Positions 63,441-64,000 of a stretch of DNA of 64,000 bases are shown here, one piece after another. The position numbers were made by a program, and so were the translations under genes. The DNA comes from Balanoglossus misakiensis. Lineage: Eukaryota; Animalia; Hemichordata. Below the pieces are notes generated by a model. The model was not told the DNA's origin and did not search any database. It worked only from the letters and a program-made list of their open reading frames with translations. How positions within the stretch are numbered: the stretch's first letter is position 1; every line of letters begins with the position of its first letter. The stretch is taken from contig CM082591.2 of NCBI GenBank assembly GCA_040954595.2, forward strand, positions 8,236,047 through 8,300,046. The letters run 5' to 3'.

Positions 63441-63596
63441 GATGGTGAATCTAAAGGAACAGTGATTAAAGCAACAGAGGAATTCAATCGTGGATGGTGG
63501 ATCTCGGTTCAATGGGATTACGGTGGCTCTGTTTGTCAGTACAACATGAATCGTTACTCTTGTCCCATTAAACTCTATGATTTCTATACTAATTAA
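63441..63596 (+). CDS. TRIM-derived protein exon 3: MIB/HERC2-like domain end and stop
   Basis: CACAG acceptor. DGESKGTVIKATEEFNRGWWISVQWDYGGSVCQYNMNRYSCPIKLYDFYTN* resembles the MIB/HERC2 pattern (GxxVxR..D....QDG..GTV...V.WD.G...Y). Confidence 0.75.
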   Translation, partial: DGESKGTVIKATEEFNRGWWISVQWDYGGSVCQYNMNRYSCPIKLYDFYTN

Positions 63597-64000
63597 ATTC
63601 TTTCATATCAAGTGACGTCAGACGTAGTAACGTTGGCATTCAAATTTCCAGATGACGGGTAACTTCAACAACGCGGTGCGGACGACGACTGTGCAGACGA
63701 AACGCCATGAGGCTGATGAGGCACCATGCCTGATACATGTTACGTGTCTAGCGGTTCTAAAGTACAAACATACTCCGACAAACTTTCACTAAATGCCACT
63801 ATGTTGTTTGCCCGTCACCTGGAAATGACAATGCCGTTGGTCATATGGCCAGATCACGTGATTGTTATTCAAGTATAAAACTTAGGTTCTACACAGAAAA
63901 AATAGTTTTGTAAATAGGTTAATATGTGCTCCCAACCATACTGTGAAGATCTGTATTCAGGACTCGACGATTTCGCTTTGAAAGCAACTCAGTGACTGTA

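Noticed and set aside
1-64000. CRISPR array or prokaryotic operon
   Set aside because: No repeat-spacer array. Spliceosomal introns and metazoan domains show this is eukaryotic DNA.

Overview
Eukaryotic, AT-rich, repeat-dense genomic DNA, probably from a marine invertebrate deuterostome (inference from gene families and repeat types). (1) An 11-exon (so far) minus-strand BP10/SpAN-like astacin metalloprotease gene (signal-pro-astacin-EGF-CUB-P/T linker-CUB...) runs from ATG 53574 off the left edge. All exons join in frame at GT-AG sites. (2) Its 42.2-kb intron 4 (5676-47887) splits the catalytic domain and holds an antisense tandem array of three intact, intronless RING-Bbox-Bbox-CC-NHL (TRIM-NHL) genes on ~15-kb duplicated units, plus the scar of a probable deleted fourth unit. 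The paralogs are nearly identical in the RBCC part. They differ by clustered, often whole-codon changes at predicted top-face NHL propeller positions and appear mosaic, which suggests a diversifying recognition-receptor array. A 2.2-kb TIR element without a TSD sits at the unit junctions, and a nested ~1.77-kb tandem repeat varies 3/3/1 between units. (3) At the right end is a 3-exon plus-strand TRIM-derived gene (half-RING, low-complexity middle, filamin repeat, MIB/HERC2-like domain). Many MITEs (Kolobok-, Harbinger-, pogo-like), Helentron-like repeats and a LINE relic are interspersed. All alignments and counts were made by eye.
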